Shown here piece after piece: positions 39,040-48,900 of a stretch of DNA of 64,000 nucleotides; the first letter of the stretch is position 1, and every line of letters begins with the position of its first letter. This DNA comes from a virus. The notes below the pieces were generated by a model. It saw only the letters and a program-made list of their open reading frames with translations. It did no database searches and was not told where the DNA came from. The translations under genes were made by a program, and so were the position numbers. The stretch lies in the IMG/VR virus record IMGVR_UViG_3300017971_004694. The stretch is one strand, 5' to 3'.

Positions 39040-40241
39040 TATTTTCTCCTGTCTCTGATTATTCTCGTCCCCACTTCTTTCATCCGCTCTTTTATAGCCA
39101 GATCTTCTTCTAACTCAAGAAACTCGTTGAAAGCTGCCTCAAGATCAAGGCTTTCTGTAATGCTAGATCTTCTAAGCTGTCTTTTGGAAATAACTTGTGG
39201 GTATATTCCAACACAATGATGAACCAGAAGCTTTTTCTTTATGAAGCGTCGTATACTATCCCTGCTGAAGTCAAAAATCGACTTCTCGTTCATTACTACA
39301 GTTATTCTAACTATACTACCAATCATATTATTATCACTAGAGAAATCCTCAAGATATTCTTTTGTTGACTGAGTGGCCTCTTTGCCGCCATCTACCGAGG
39401 TCTGATCTACGATTATATCATATATGGGGCGCGATGGGAGTTTTTCAAAGTTGAAAAGCAGCTTGTCTTTGGTATACTCTATCATTAACAGATACTTATC
39501 GTATCTGCCCTCCCCGAAATCACGAGCTTCCATTTGTCCCACATAGGCAATTAGTGGATCTTTCTTGATAATCTGGTGCGGATGAACGTGGCCCATAATG
39601 GCTGCCTGTAGATCATCAAACATAGCACAAGGTAAAACTACCTCTCCAGACTCTCCTTCAAGCACGGTACCTCCCAACTTAGTTTCCTGAAGCATCATGT
39701 GGCCTATTAGAATAGAAGGGTATTGTTTGGGAAGCCCCCTAAGCTCATATTGCAGACGGTCATTAAGACGAGCCACCGCCTCGTCATTTGAGGCACAATC
39801 AAGCATCTGTCTCGTTCTAAATGGAAAGAATATCAGATTAATTCTCTCCTCTGTGTCATCGCTACAACTCAAGCTTCCTATGTCTGGATATACATGAACC
39901 ATTGGGAGCTTCAACGAGCGAAGAACATCAATCGTGGTTGTCTTTTGCTCCCTGATAATATCATGGTTGCCCACCAAAATATGAGTATGAATCCCAAGTT
40001 CGGTGAGCCTACGCATCTTCTTAGAGAACAGGCTAAGTTCTGAAGCTGCTGGGCGGCGGTGCTCGAAAATATCCCCGGTAATTACGAAATGTTTCACATG
40101 GTTGTTCACCATATAGTCCACAGAGAAATCAAATGTGTTCGAGAAATCGAGAAGTCTCGTATTTAAGTGGGTTCGCGCATCAGTTTTGCCTAGGGAATAG
40201 CCGCCGCCAAAGTGAGTATCGCCAAGAACTACTATTTTCAT
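39039..40241 (-). CDS. sbcD: SbcD/Mre11-like nuclease
   Basis: GDTH, TGD, GNHD, GHVH metallophosphoesterase motifs; coupled to sbcC. Confidence 0.92.
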   Translation of the reverse strand: MKIVVLGDTHFGGGYSLGKTDARTHLNTRLLDFSNTFDFSVDYMVNNHVKHFVITGDIFEHRRPAASELSLFSKKMRRLTELGIHTHILVGNHDIIREQKTTTIDVLRSLKLPMVHVYPDIGSLSCSDDTEERINLIFFPFRTRQMLDCASNDEAVARLNDRLQYELRGLPKQYPSILIGHMMLQETKLGGTVLEGESGEVVLPCAMFDDLQAAIMGHVHPHQIIKKDPLIAYVGQMEARDFGEGRYDKYLLMIEYTKDKLLFNFEKLPSRPIYDIIVDQTSVDGGKEATQSTKEYLEDFSSDNNMIGSIVRITVVMNEKSIFDFSRDSIRRFIKKKLLVHHCVGIYPQVISKRQLRRSSITESLDLEAAFNEFLELEEDLAIKERMKEVGTRIIRDRRK

Positions 40242-40876
40242 TATTCTCCTTTACTACGAATCCTGTTTTTAACGCTTTTTTTAACCTTCTCGCAAAGCTC
40301 CTGCGCATATTCCCAGTCTTCATAACCAATGTTGGTCAAGAATCCATCAACTTTGGTTGCGACCTTCTCCATCCACTTCAGTTCTTTATCAAAACTTTCA
40401 GTGCCTATAAATCTTCTCATATAGTTGCGCAGGACATCACTTATCTCAAACAAGAAAGGTTCAATATTCTTAACTGGTTCGGGAGTGGGAATAGAATCTA
40501 ACTGAAGCTCATCCCAATTTCCGTCTTTGTCTATAATGCCGGCTCTCTTAGCCAGCTTGGTAAGTGCTATATGATCTGGAACGCCCTCCATATGCTGAAC
40601 AAAATCTATGGGAGTTCCAGATTGTAAACACCCGAAACAAAAAAATGAGTTTGTTGTCCTAGAGACAAAAAGTGAGGGCGTTCTTTCTCTTGTTCCAGGA
40701 CCCTTGCCAGAATGAAAAGGGCAATAAGTTCTATGAGTAAACTGGCCTGTAGGCTTGGGTTCCAATACCAGCCCAGCTTCTCGCATTAAATCAACTATAT
40801 TGATCTTAGCAAATACTGCGCTGCGAAACTTCCATATCTTTCCTGGGTTTTCTAACCACTCCATAGTTTTCTCCAC
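40241..40876 (-). CDS. Stand-alone CHC2 primase-type zinc-binding domain protein
   Basis: CPFH...ERTPSLFV....FFCFGC..SG..IDFV....G....A...LA. Confidence 0.85.
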   Translation of the reverse strand: MEKTMEWLENPGKIWKFRSAVFAKINIVDLMREAGLVLEPKPTGQFTHRTYCPFHSGKGPGTRERTPSLFVSRTTNSFFCFGCLQSGTPIDFVQHMEGVPDHIALTKLAKRAGIIDKDGNWDELQLDSIPTPEPVKNIEPFLFEISDVLRNYMRRFIGTESFDKELKWMEKVATKVDGFLTNIGYEDWEYAQELCEKVKKSVKNRIRSKGE

Positions 40877-41904
40877 CAGCGTGTTCGCCCATTAACATTA
40901 GCAACAATATCATCTTCTTCGATCAGAGCACCCTTAAACCGCTTAAAGCTGTGCTCCGCACAATCTATAATAGCATCGCCCTTTCCAACTAGGTTCTCAG
41001 CACCGTTCCTATCAAGTATTATCCTACTATTAACAGATTCACTCACTTTGCAGCTGATTTTTGCTGGAAAGTTTGCCTTGATAGAGCCGGTAATGATATC
41101 AACCGACGGACGCTGAGTGGCCACAACGAGATGAATTCCACAAGCTCTTGATTTCTGGGCTAAAGCACAGATTAGTTCTTGCGATTCTTTCTTGGAGATC
41201 ATCATTAGATCCGCAAGCTCGTCAATAACTACAACTATATAGGGCATTTTACGGTTATATTCACTAATCTTGCGAACGCCAGCTTTTTCAAGCCTGGCGA
41301 ACCTTGAATCCATCTCTTTCACTAAAGCTTCCAACAGCTTGAGCGAACTCTCTGTATCCTTAGCTATTGGGCCAAACAGATTGTTAAGACCATGATAATA
41401 AGAAAACTCCACTCTCTTGGGGTCTATAAGAGCGATGAGGAGCTGTGAGTTCCCCATGAGCAGGCTATTTATTACACATTGAAGCATTACAGACTTACCT
41501 GAGCCTGTAGCCCCTCCTATGAGCAGGTGGGGCATCTCTGTGAGGTCTGCTACAAGCGGTTCCCCTTTGCGTAGCTTTCCTAGAACCAAGGGGAGTTTAG
41601 CATTGCTTTCCAGAAATTCTTTGCTACTCACCACATCCTTGAAGGGCACAGACTTCTGCTCCTCAATCATAACCTCCATGCGGATGATGCCTTCCTTGGT
41701 AATAGGATAGATCAATGGATCGGAGAGAGCCGTTAGAGCAAGAGCTATTTCAACCGAGCGGCTCTCTAGTTGTTTATATGTTCCGCCATCTGTTAGTGAT
41801 ATATCAAAAATTAGGAAGGAGTCTTCTTTCTTACATGACTTTACGTTTGCTTTAAGCTTTAACTTAGTGAATAGGTTTTCTAGAGTTTTAATGGCCTCGT
41901 CCAT
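40852..41904 (-). CDS. FtsK/SpoIIIE-like ATPase domain protein
   Basis: PHLLIGGATGSGKS, IDPKRVE, IDELADL, ATQRPS; no membrane or gamma domain. Confidence 0.88.
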   Translation of the reverse strand: MDEAIKTLENLFTKLKLKANVKSCKKEDSFLIFDISLTDGGTYKQLESRSVEIALALTALSDPLIYPITKEGIIRMEVMIEEQKSVPFKDVVSSKEFLESNAKLPLVLGKLRKGEPLVADLTEMPHLLIGGATGSGKSVMLQCVINSLLMGNSQLLIALIDPKRVEFSYYHGLNNLFGPIAKDTESSLKLLEALVKEMDSRFARLEKAGVRKISEYNRKMPYIVVVIDELADLMMISKKESQELICALAQKSRACGIHLVVATQRPSVDIITGSIKANFPAKISCKVSESVNSRIILDRNGAENLVGKGDAIIDCAEHSFKRFKGALIEEDDIVANVNGRTRWWRKLWSG

Positions 41905-42095
41905 TACTTCCTTTCTTGAGAGTCAAGTTCCTTTTTAATTCTCTCACACAAGTCAATCAAAAGGCCGTATGTATGTTTAGCACCTGGGTCGTCTTCACCA
42001 TGAAATTTTCTGTGCAGCTTCTGGTAATCTGCATGTTGTTCATCAAGCTCAGTTAATATGCGACCAATAACTTCCTCATATTTCTTAGGAGACAT
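41904..42095 (-). CDS. Small hypothetical protein
   Basis: In-operon; start refined to MSPKK. Confidence 0.6.
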   Translation of the reverse strand: MSPKKYEEVIGRILTELDEQHADYQKLHRKFHGEDDPGAKHTYGLLIDLCERIKKELDSQERK

Positions 42096-42570
42096 CTTCT
42101 TTCTTCTCCAGATCATTAACCTTCTCTTCTAATTGGTGGATTTTGTAAGCCAGATGATTGCCCGCATATCTCACAGATAGGGCAACTCGAACGGCAAAGA
42201 TACAAACAGCTAAAGATCCTTCACCTCTGCTAAACCTATCTATTTCACCAGCCGCACTAACCATACGAGAAATTACATCTTGCTCGTTGGTCTTTTCTTT
42301 TACAGAGCGATTCTCAGGCAGTTTGCCATCCTTCATTAGCTCATTAAACTCACGCATAGACGACATAAGGTCTTGTCTAAGCTCGTTCAGCCTCATCACA
42401 ATCTTGCTGGCATCCTCAGTTGGGGGAGGAAGCTCCTGGCCTGGCCTATCTTTGGCCGCGCCCGTTTGAACCTCAGGAGGCCTTCTTTCTTCGGGCGGCT
42501 TTCTTGGTTTGTTTTTTAGCTTTACGGCCCCCTTTGCTGGCCTTATTTCTTCCAGTTTCTTTTCCGGCAT
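42085..42570 (-). CDS. Hypothetical protein
   Basis: GAGGAG RBS. Confidence 0.7.
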   Translation of the reverse strand: MPEKKLEEIRPAKGAVKLKNKPRKPPEERRPPEVQTGAAKDRPGQELPPPTEDASKIVMRLNELRQDLMSSMREFNELMKDGKLPENRSVKEKTNEQDVISRMVSAAGEIDRFSRGEGSLAVCIFAVRVALSVRYAGNHLAYKIHQLEEKVNDLEKKEDVS

Positions 42571-43141
42571 TTTTTATTATCTCCTCTATTATTGGTGTAT
42601 ATTTGTTCATCTTCGAACACTTCTCGCACTGCGAGCCAAGAGAAAACCCATCTTCTTCGCTAAAAACTCTGTAAATACAGCATATGTTACTAACAAAGTG
42701 TTGGAGTGCTCCACAGAAAAAGAAATCTGGCTCGACTTGTTCTTTCAATGTTTCTACATGTTCCTTCTTGAAAGCCTCTCTAATCTTATCCATTTTGGTC
42801 TTCGCTTTCTCAAACTTCTTCTTTTCTTCTTTTTTGAGCGCCCTCTCTATTTTTTTCTTCTCTTTCTCTATCTTCTTTTTCTCTCGTTCTTTCTTCTTCT
42901 CTAGTTTTTCGCGCTCTAATTGGTTCTTTTTCCTAGTGGCCCATCTGAGCCACTTGGTTTCGGTTTTCGCCATTTTGCGCATTATGCTAAGAGCAGCAAG
43001 GGAGGGAACTTTGGGAAGTCTTTCCTCAATTAGGGCAAGCCTTTCCTTAGTGTTTTCTGCATCTTTCCAGCACTCATAAAGAACATCCAATTGCTTCTTT
43101 GTCAGCGCCTTTGTTTTTTTCTTTTTCTTCCTTTTAGCCAT
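42473..43141 (-). CDS. Lys-rich hypothetical protein
   Basis: Highly basic coiled coil, CxxC near C-terminus. Confidence 0.65.
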   Translation of the reverse strand: MAKRKKKKKTKALTKKQLDVLYECWKDAENTKERLALIEERLPKVPSLAALSIMRKMAKTETKWLRWATRKKNQLEREKLEKKKEREKKKIEKEKKKIERALKKEEKKKFEKAKTKMDKIREAFKKEHVETLKEQVEPDFFFCGALQHFVSNICCIYRVFSEEDGFSLGSQCEKCSKMNKYTPIIEEIIKNAGKETGRNKASKGGRKAKKQTKKAARRKKAS

Positions 43142-43585
43142 TTATATATCTTCTTTTCGAAGCTCTTCGTTAATTGCTTTCACAGTATCCCACAATAGAC
43201 TATTATCATGGTCGGCGTCCCAATCATCAAGTAGCTTTCCACCTATTACATGAGCGATCTCATGAGTAAAAGCGCTGCGGTATATTTTTCCTCGCCAAGC
43301 CACTTTGCAAGTGAGACCAACGACAAGCCCGCTATACACCTGGCCGCTGTGTGAAACAACCGTGTTCAACTTCCCGGTGCTCGGACTGGGCGCAATGTCG
43401 TTCCACCATTCCACCGTAATTTTGCTGATCGTAGCCTTTATATCTTCTAACTTAAGTTTCTCAGCGAATTTGTCAACTAAAATCTTCAAAGCCTGATCAT
43501 GAACCGCATCCGGCGGAAGGCCGGGAATTTTACGCCGGTCGATCTTACATCCCTGAGAAGTCTTGGGCTTTCTGGAAAAGCACAT
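43142..43585 (-). CDS. Zincin-type metallopeptidase-like protein
   Basis: HEIAH (HExxH) followed by DH. Confidence 0.65.
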   Translation of the reverse strand: MCFSRKPKTSQGCKIDRRKIPGLPPDAVHDQALKILVDKFAEKLKLEDIKATISKITVEWWNDIAPSPSTGKLNTVVSHSGQVYSGLVVGLTCKVAWRGKIYRSAFTHEIAHVIGGKLLDDWDADHDNSLLWDTVKAINEELRKEDI

Positions 43586-43586
43586 G

Positions 43587-44033
43587 TTACCTCACTGATT
43601 TTATTGAACAACTCACTGTCTCGTTGTCTGGAACCATCCTTGCAAAGCCATAAACCATGAAAGTTCTGTCGCTTCTGGCCTTGACTATTCTTTCTAGCTC
43701 GCCAAACACATGAGCCTCAGGATCCTGATACTCTACATTGACATTAGTTCCACTGCTCAGTTTTAGATTTAATGACTTTTGAGGAGAGAAATCACATCTA
43801 ACTCGAACTCGAACATCCGTGTATTTCTTATTAACTACCCTAACAGTAATGGATCTCAGGCTAGAGCGTGGCCCAAACATGACGCCCACTGGATAGTTAT
43901 TTGCCCATGTGTAATCTGGATCGATATAAACATCTGGGGCTTTACTATGATTGAAACTAGACTTCGTTGTTGCACAGGAACCCGCAAATGCTAGTGCAAG
44001 TATCATACTTAAAACTACGAACAATTTTCTCAT
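43587..44033 (-). CDS. Putative lipoprotein
   Basis: MRKLFVVLSMILALAFAGSC signal/lipobox; start refined to ATG 44033 (AAGGAG RBS). Confidence 0.75.
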   Translation of the reverse strand: MRKLFVVLSMILALAFAGSCATTKSSFNHSKAPDVYIDPDYTWANNYPVGVMFGPRSSLRSITVRVVNKKYTDVRVRVRCDFSPQKSLNLKLSSGTNVNVEYQDPEAHVFGELERIVKARSDRTFMVYGFARMVPDNETVSCSIKSVR

Positions 44034-44080
44034 CTTTTCTCCTTTCGGGTTAAAGGCGCAGAGCGCCAAATTACATACAC

Positions 44081-45901
44081 TTATGGTCTATATACTTTAA
44101 TTCTTCTATATAATATGCGCAAAGTTGTATTATCGAGGCCATTTGTAGTTATACCTATGCCACATTTTCCAGTGCTATGTGACGTGTCTACTATCATTCG
44201 GAAATCACCTGAAGATGCTCCCTGTGCATTATAACCTAGGATTTGTCCCTCTGCTCTAATACGTCCTACACCGCCACGACCTACACTGTCTGCTGGGCCA
44301 GGATTGCTTAAAATATCGCTATAAGATTCAGATCCAACGCATTTTGTTAAATCAAAGTCGGTCCCAGAACCAACATAACGCGCAAGATAAACATTGTCTG
44401 TTCCAGATGCGCGACAAAAAACGAATGGCCCGTGTGTCCCAGCTCCTATACTTACTGTCATCCAATCCGTTTCAACAATCACATCTTCGATATCAGGTAA
44501 ATCAAATGGCAAATAAATAGCTTGTTGAGCGCCTGTACCAGTTCCAACGGCCAGTGTAATATCAATCCAAGAAAGCCCGTAAAGATTAGAAACTGTAATT
44601 GCGCTACTTCCAACATTAACAATACTGCCAACCCAACCATTGGCATCCAAGTCGGGCAAATATCCATCGTATAGAAATTGACTAAGATCGGTGCCATTCC
44701 ATTCGGTTATTAAAGTTGGGCCTCCTGGCATAACTGAGCCCTTGACAGTCATCTGAGTGGCGAACCCATAATCATCCATATAATGTAATTCAGTATAACC
44801 ATCCACTTTTTGTGCATACAGGGCACCATAGCCCTCTTCATAAGGTGGATCTGATACTTTTTCGGGGAGAGGTAGATATCCATCTACTAATCCGGAACCA
44901 CCAGATATTTCAATGTCTGCCGTGCCATTGTTATCAGTTACAGCAACCCCAGAACCAAAAAAGTTAAACGCTTGTGGCTGGCCTATTAAATTATAGCCGT
45001 CATCTTGGATAGGGACCAGACCGCCACGAAAGCGAATCACTTTTAACTTTGTGCCCGATGGCACTGCAGCACTATTACTGCTAACTTTAATTTGAATTTT
45101 TATGTTCTTCGTTCCTGCCGTAAGCTTTGGTGTAATCACGGGGCCAAAAGAGCCAGCACCAAGAGATTCATAACCACTACTTTCACCAATTACGTCACTA
45201 GAAGGTATTAGAACCCCGCCTACATTATACTGCACATCAACTCTATTTGCCCCACCACTTCTGGTCAATCTGCCTTCTAGAAATATCATAATTTGTTCAT
45301 TGTTAAAAACATCAACATTAAGAGACAGAGCATCACCGCCACCATTATCAACATCTACAAATGATGTTGATGAGGTATTAAATTGGGCTAAAAGTTCTAC
45401 GGAATCCACCAGTATCCCGCCGGCTCCAGAGCCAGTGACAGCAGTAAGCATTAAGACTGGAGGATGATCTTGCGATGCTGTAACCTGAAAAGAAGTTCCG
45501 GCTAGAAGTTTCCCGTATGCCTTAACAGTATGGCTACCTGCAGAAAGCTCTACAACGTCGCGAAAAACCGGCTCTGTATAATTTCCGGTTGTGGGGCGTG
45601 TTTGCCACTGCTCGTTATAACCAATTGTTTGTTCGTTAGCCTCTCCTTCATCAAATACCAGTTTAATTTGGCCAGAAGAATTAGCACTTGGAGCGATTAA
45701 TTCCCCGCTGAATTGGATAGAGTATAGGCCGCTAACTTTTGCAGTAAAAGATAGAGAGCCGCTTTCCGGCATAATTTGATAGTCGGTGCCAAGTGGAGTA
45801 GTAACTACAAGATTGCTAGAAGGAACTCCATCAGACAATACGATTACATCGCCTGGCGCAGAAAATATTGCATCGCCTAGCTGATCAATTTTAATGGTCA
45901 T
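44081..45901 (-). CDS. Modular fibre/receptor-binding-like protein (paralog 1)
   Basis: Beta-rich; N-terminus MTIKIDQLGDAIFSAPG identical to paralog 2; unique beta-sandwich-like C-terminus. Confidence 0.7.
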   Translation of the reverse strand: MTIKIDQLGDAIFSAPGDVIVLSDGVPSSNLVVTTPLGTDYQIMPESGSLSFTAKVSGLYSIQFSGELIAPSANSSGQIKLVFDEGEANEQTIGYNEQWQTRPTTGNYTEPVFRDVVELSAGSHTVKAYGKLLAGTSFQVTASQDHPPVLMLTAVTGSGAGGILVDSVELLAQFNTSSTSFVDVDNGGGDALSLNVDVFNNEQIMIFLEGRLTRSGGANRVDVQYNVGGVLIPSSDVIGESSGYESLGAGSFGPVITPKLTAGTKNIKIQIKVSSNSAAVPSGTKLKVIRFRGGLVPIQDDGYNLIGQPQAFNFFGSGVAVTDNNGTADIEISGGSGLVDGYLPLPEKVSDPPYEEGYGALYAQKVDGYTELHYMDDYGFATQMTVKGSVMPGGPTLITEWNGTDLSQFLYDGYLPDLDANGWVGSIVNVGSSAITVSNLYGLSWIDITLAVGTGTGAQQAIYLPFDLPDIEDVIVETDWMTVSIGAGTHGPFVFCRASGTDNVYLARYVGSGTDFDLTKCVGSESYSDILSNPGPADSVGRGGVGRIRAEGQILGYNAQGASSGDFRMIVDTSHSTGKCGIGITTNGLDNTTLRILYRRIKVYRP

Positions 45902-45936
45902 ATGTTATGAAAACCTCTATTAAAAAATCTCCTTTC

Positions 45937-48900
45937 TTATCCTGGAAATTGCCAAACAGCAGATCTGCCTGGTATTCCTGCAGTTGATGCATTCATGGTA
46001 AGTGTGCCAACCGAAGCGACTCTAAGTCCAATTTCAACAGTATGCGGCCCAACGGTCAAATGTTCATCTCTAAGTGAACCTGAAATTCCTCCCCAAGCAC
46101 CAGATGCTATATAGGTAGCAGCGAAACGTCGCCAAGTGCCACTATCTATACGATACCCTAGCCAAGGCGTAGAAGCACCGGAACTTGAAAGAGACATGGA
46201 AGCCTCAATTAGAATTTCATCTCCATCTCTTATTACAATATTATGCGTATTTATTGTAACAAAAGATGTAGTAATACTTCCCACATCTGCGGAGTTTTTC
46301 TGAGCGTCTACAAGTGTTCCCCTAATGCCTTGGTTAGTAATCTGTGTAGACAGGCCATAGTCATCCATATAATGCAACTCGGTATAGCCGTCCACTTCTT
46401 TCGTATAAATTAAACCAGCGTCATCTAGTGGAGATGGGTCAGACATCTCATCCAAATTTACATAGCCATCTGGGAATACTGTGATTTCAGCAGCGCCATT
46501 GCTATCAGTTACACCTATATTGTTGCCAGTAAAGTTAAACGCCTGCGGTTGACCCAATAAGTCGTAGCCATCATTTTGAATTGGAACAAGGCCGCCGCGA
46601 TATCTTGTAATAAAGAGCGACGATACACCTCTTGTTGCATCGCCTTCGATTGCTAGTGTACCTGAAGAGACATATGCCTGAGCCTTGATTGTATGCGAAC
46701 CCGCAGATAGTCCGGCAATCGGAATGGCTATATCAAGGTTGGTACCTCCCGACGAATACGAAGCGCGTACGGATTCGTCAACAGGCGTACCATCTAGCAC
46801 TATGCGAGACCATGCGCCTGCAGCGGTAGAGGTCGTCGCCGTCGCCCGCAGATATACAAAGACCGTTTCGTCTTCAGACGTATCAAAGGTGAGTTCGAGC
46901 TTATTCGCGCCATCGTCAATATCGGTCCAAGTACCTCCGATACCAGTTTGATCGGTTGTCAACGAAATGCTATCTGTCAGGCTGCCTCCAGCCCCAGAGC
47001 CGGTGACGGCCTGAAGCCGGATAAATGGAGCACCAACGGGTCCGCTGCCCCCATTTATGTCCATATCATTGGTATATGAACCAGCAGTCACTTCTTTACA
47101 ATATGCCGTTACTTTATGTACACCAGCAACCAAATTAACATGACCTTCAAATACTGTATGATCCCAACCACCAGGAGCCTTCCGCGTCTGCCAGTCTTCA
47201 TTGTATCCGACGGACTGCTCTTCAGCCTCTCCCTCATCGAACACGAGTCTGAACTGTGCCGATGTGTGAGATTGACCACTGGGAACATTGACTATTACCC
47301 CAAGCATTGCTCGATATATACCAGATACCCTGGCAGTAAATTCCATATATGCATCAGGGCCAGCTGGGTCAGGAATTATCTGATTTTCGGCTCCGCTACC
47401 ATTTATGTCGATATTGGCTGATGGCTGGCCGTCGCTAATTTCAATGTAGTCGCCTGGTGCAGCAATGGCCCCATTTCCAAGTCGCCCCTGAACAGTAATC
47501 TGTGTCTCATTACCAGAACTATCACGACTAAATAATTCTGTAACACCGTTACTATCTTTAGCATAAAGAGATAAACTACCTACTTGCTGCGATAGTTCAA
47601 CCCCCTCCAATAATCTTATGCCTCTCAAAGAGTTATAAGTAGCAAGATATCCATCTTGGGTGATCTGAGTAACTTGACCATAATTATCCATAAAGAATAG
47701 TTCAGAAGTGCCATACGCATCATCATTCTTAGCATAAAGAAATCCACGATCATCGTCGGTGGCGTTTGGATCTGTGATTTCGGACAGGCTAACATAACCA
47801 TCAAGATCAAGTGCTTCGTCACCAGAAGCGTCTATTTGAACCGCGCCAGCATCAGCAGTTATCGCTCTGCCGCCTATATATGCCTGATCAAGTGTGCTCG
47901 CACCAGAAATCATGGAAGATTCCAGATCAGCAAGATACCCATCGACATAACCCCTAACAATAACAAGAAATGAAATTGGGCCCACATTTTGAGAGCCCCA
48001 TCTAAAATAAGCATCTCCATTGTGCAACGGCACCAAGGCCCTATTAGCATCACGCGCACTAAGATCACAACTTATAAAAGCTCCAGGGCTTGCTCCAGAT
48101 ATTGTTGGAGTATACAAAACTTCGCCGCTTTCAATAAAAAGATCATATATCTCACCGCCATCCGTATCCATATTGGCTGAAAAATCAACCTGCGCCGCAG
48201 AAATTGGCACTGCATCCCTTAGATCGTTTTGTGTGCCGCCACCTGGACCTGCACCAGATGTACTAAAAGAATACCATGTGTTTGCTGTTGGTGTTATCTC
48301 TGTTGCCCCACCACTACCACTATCATACAACCACAATGTACTATCTGTGGCATCTGGATAATCAAACTTGTTGCCAGTTTGACTTACTATTCTTAACTTA
48401 GAAGAACCATCAATATAATAAACAGCCCCTAAGTATTTATAAATCGAATAATCTGCTGGCCCAAACCCAGGGTGCTGGTCAGAAGCTATAATACCAAAAT
48501 AACCAGAATTATTAGTATCAGGAACTGCATAATTATAATACCATGTGCCACTAGTAAGAGCAGCGCTAGGTTCGCGCCCGCCCAATCCCGTAGTGCTTAT
48601 ATCCATCGAGATAGGGCTAGTTGCCTGATAGCGCACCCCATTATTAAATGTCAGCCGCAAATCATCGTTAGCTCCTGGTGCTGCCACATATTCATACTGA
48701 TTGTCGCTAACATTATCCACAATAGGAGCATTTTCTGGTTGAATATAGCCGCCTCGGAATCTTATTACTTGTAACCTAGCTCCCGCCAAAATTTGTATTG
48801 AAGTTGAAGAAGTTTGCGCCTGAACCATAATGGTCACAGAACCGGCTGAAAGTTCACCAGTGATTACTGGGGTAAATGAACCAAGTGCTGTTGTGTACCC

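Noticed and set aside
42473-42570. 98-nt overlap of two same-strand genes
   Set aside because: Both frames are A/G-rich low-complexity; most simply a lost stop codon, no sign of a frameshift signal
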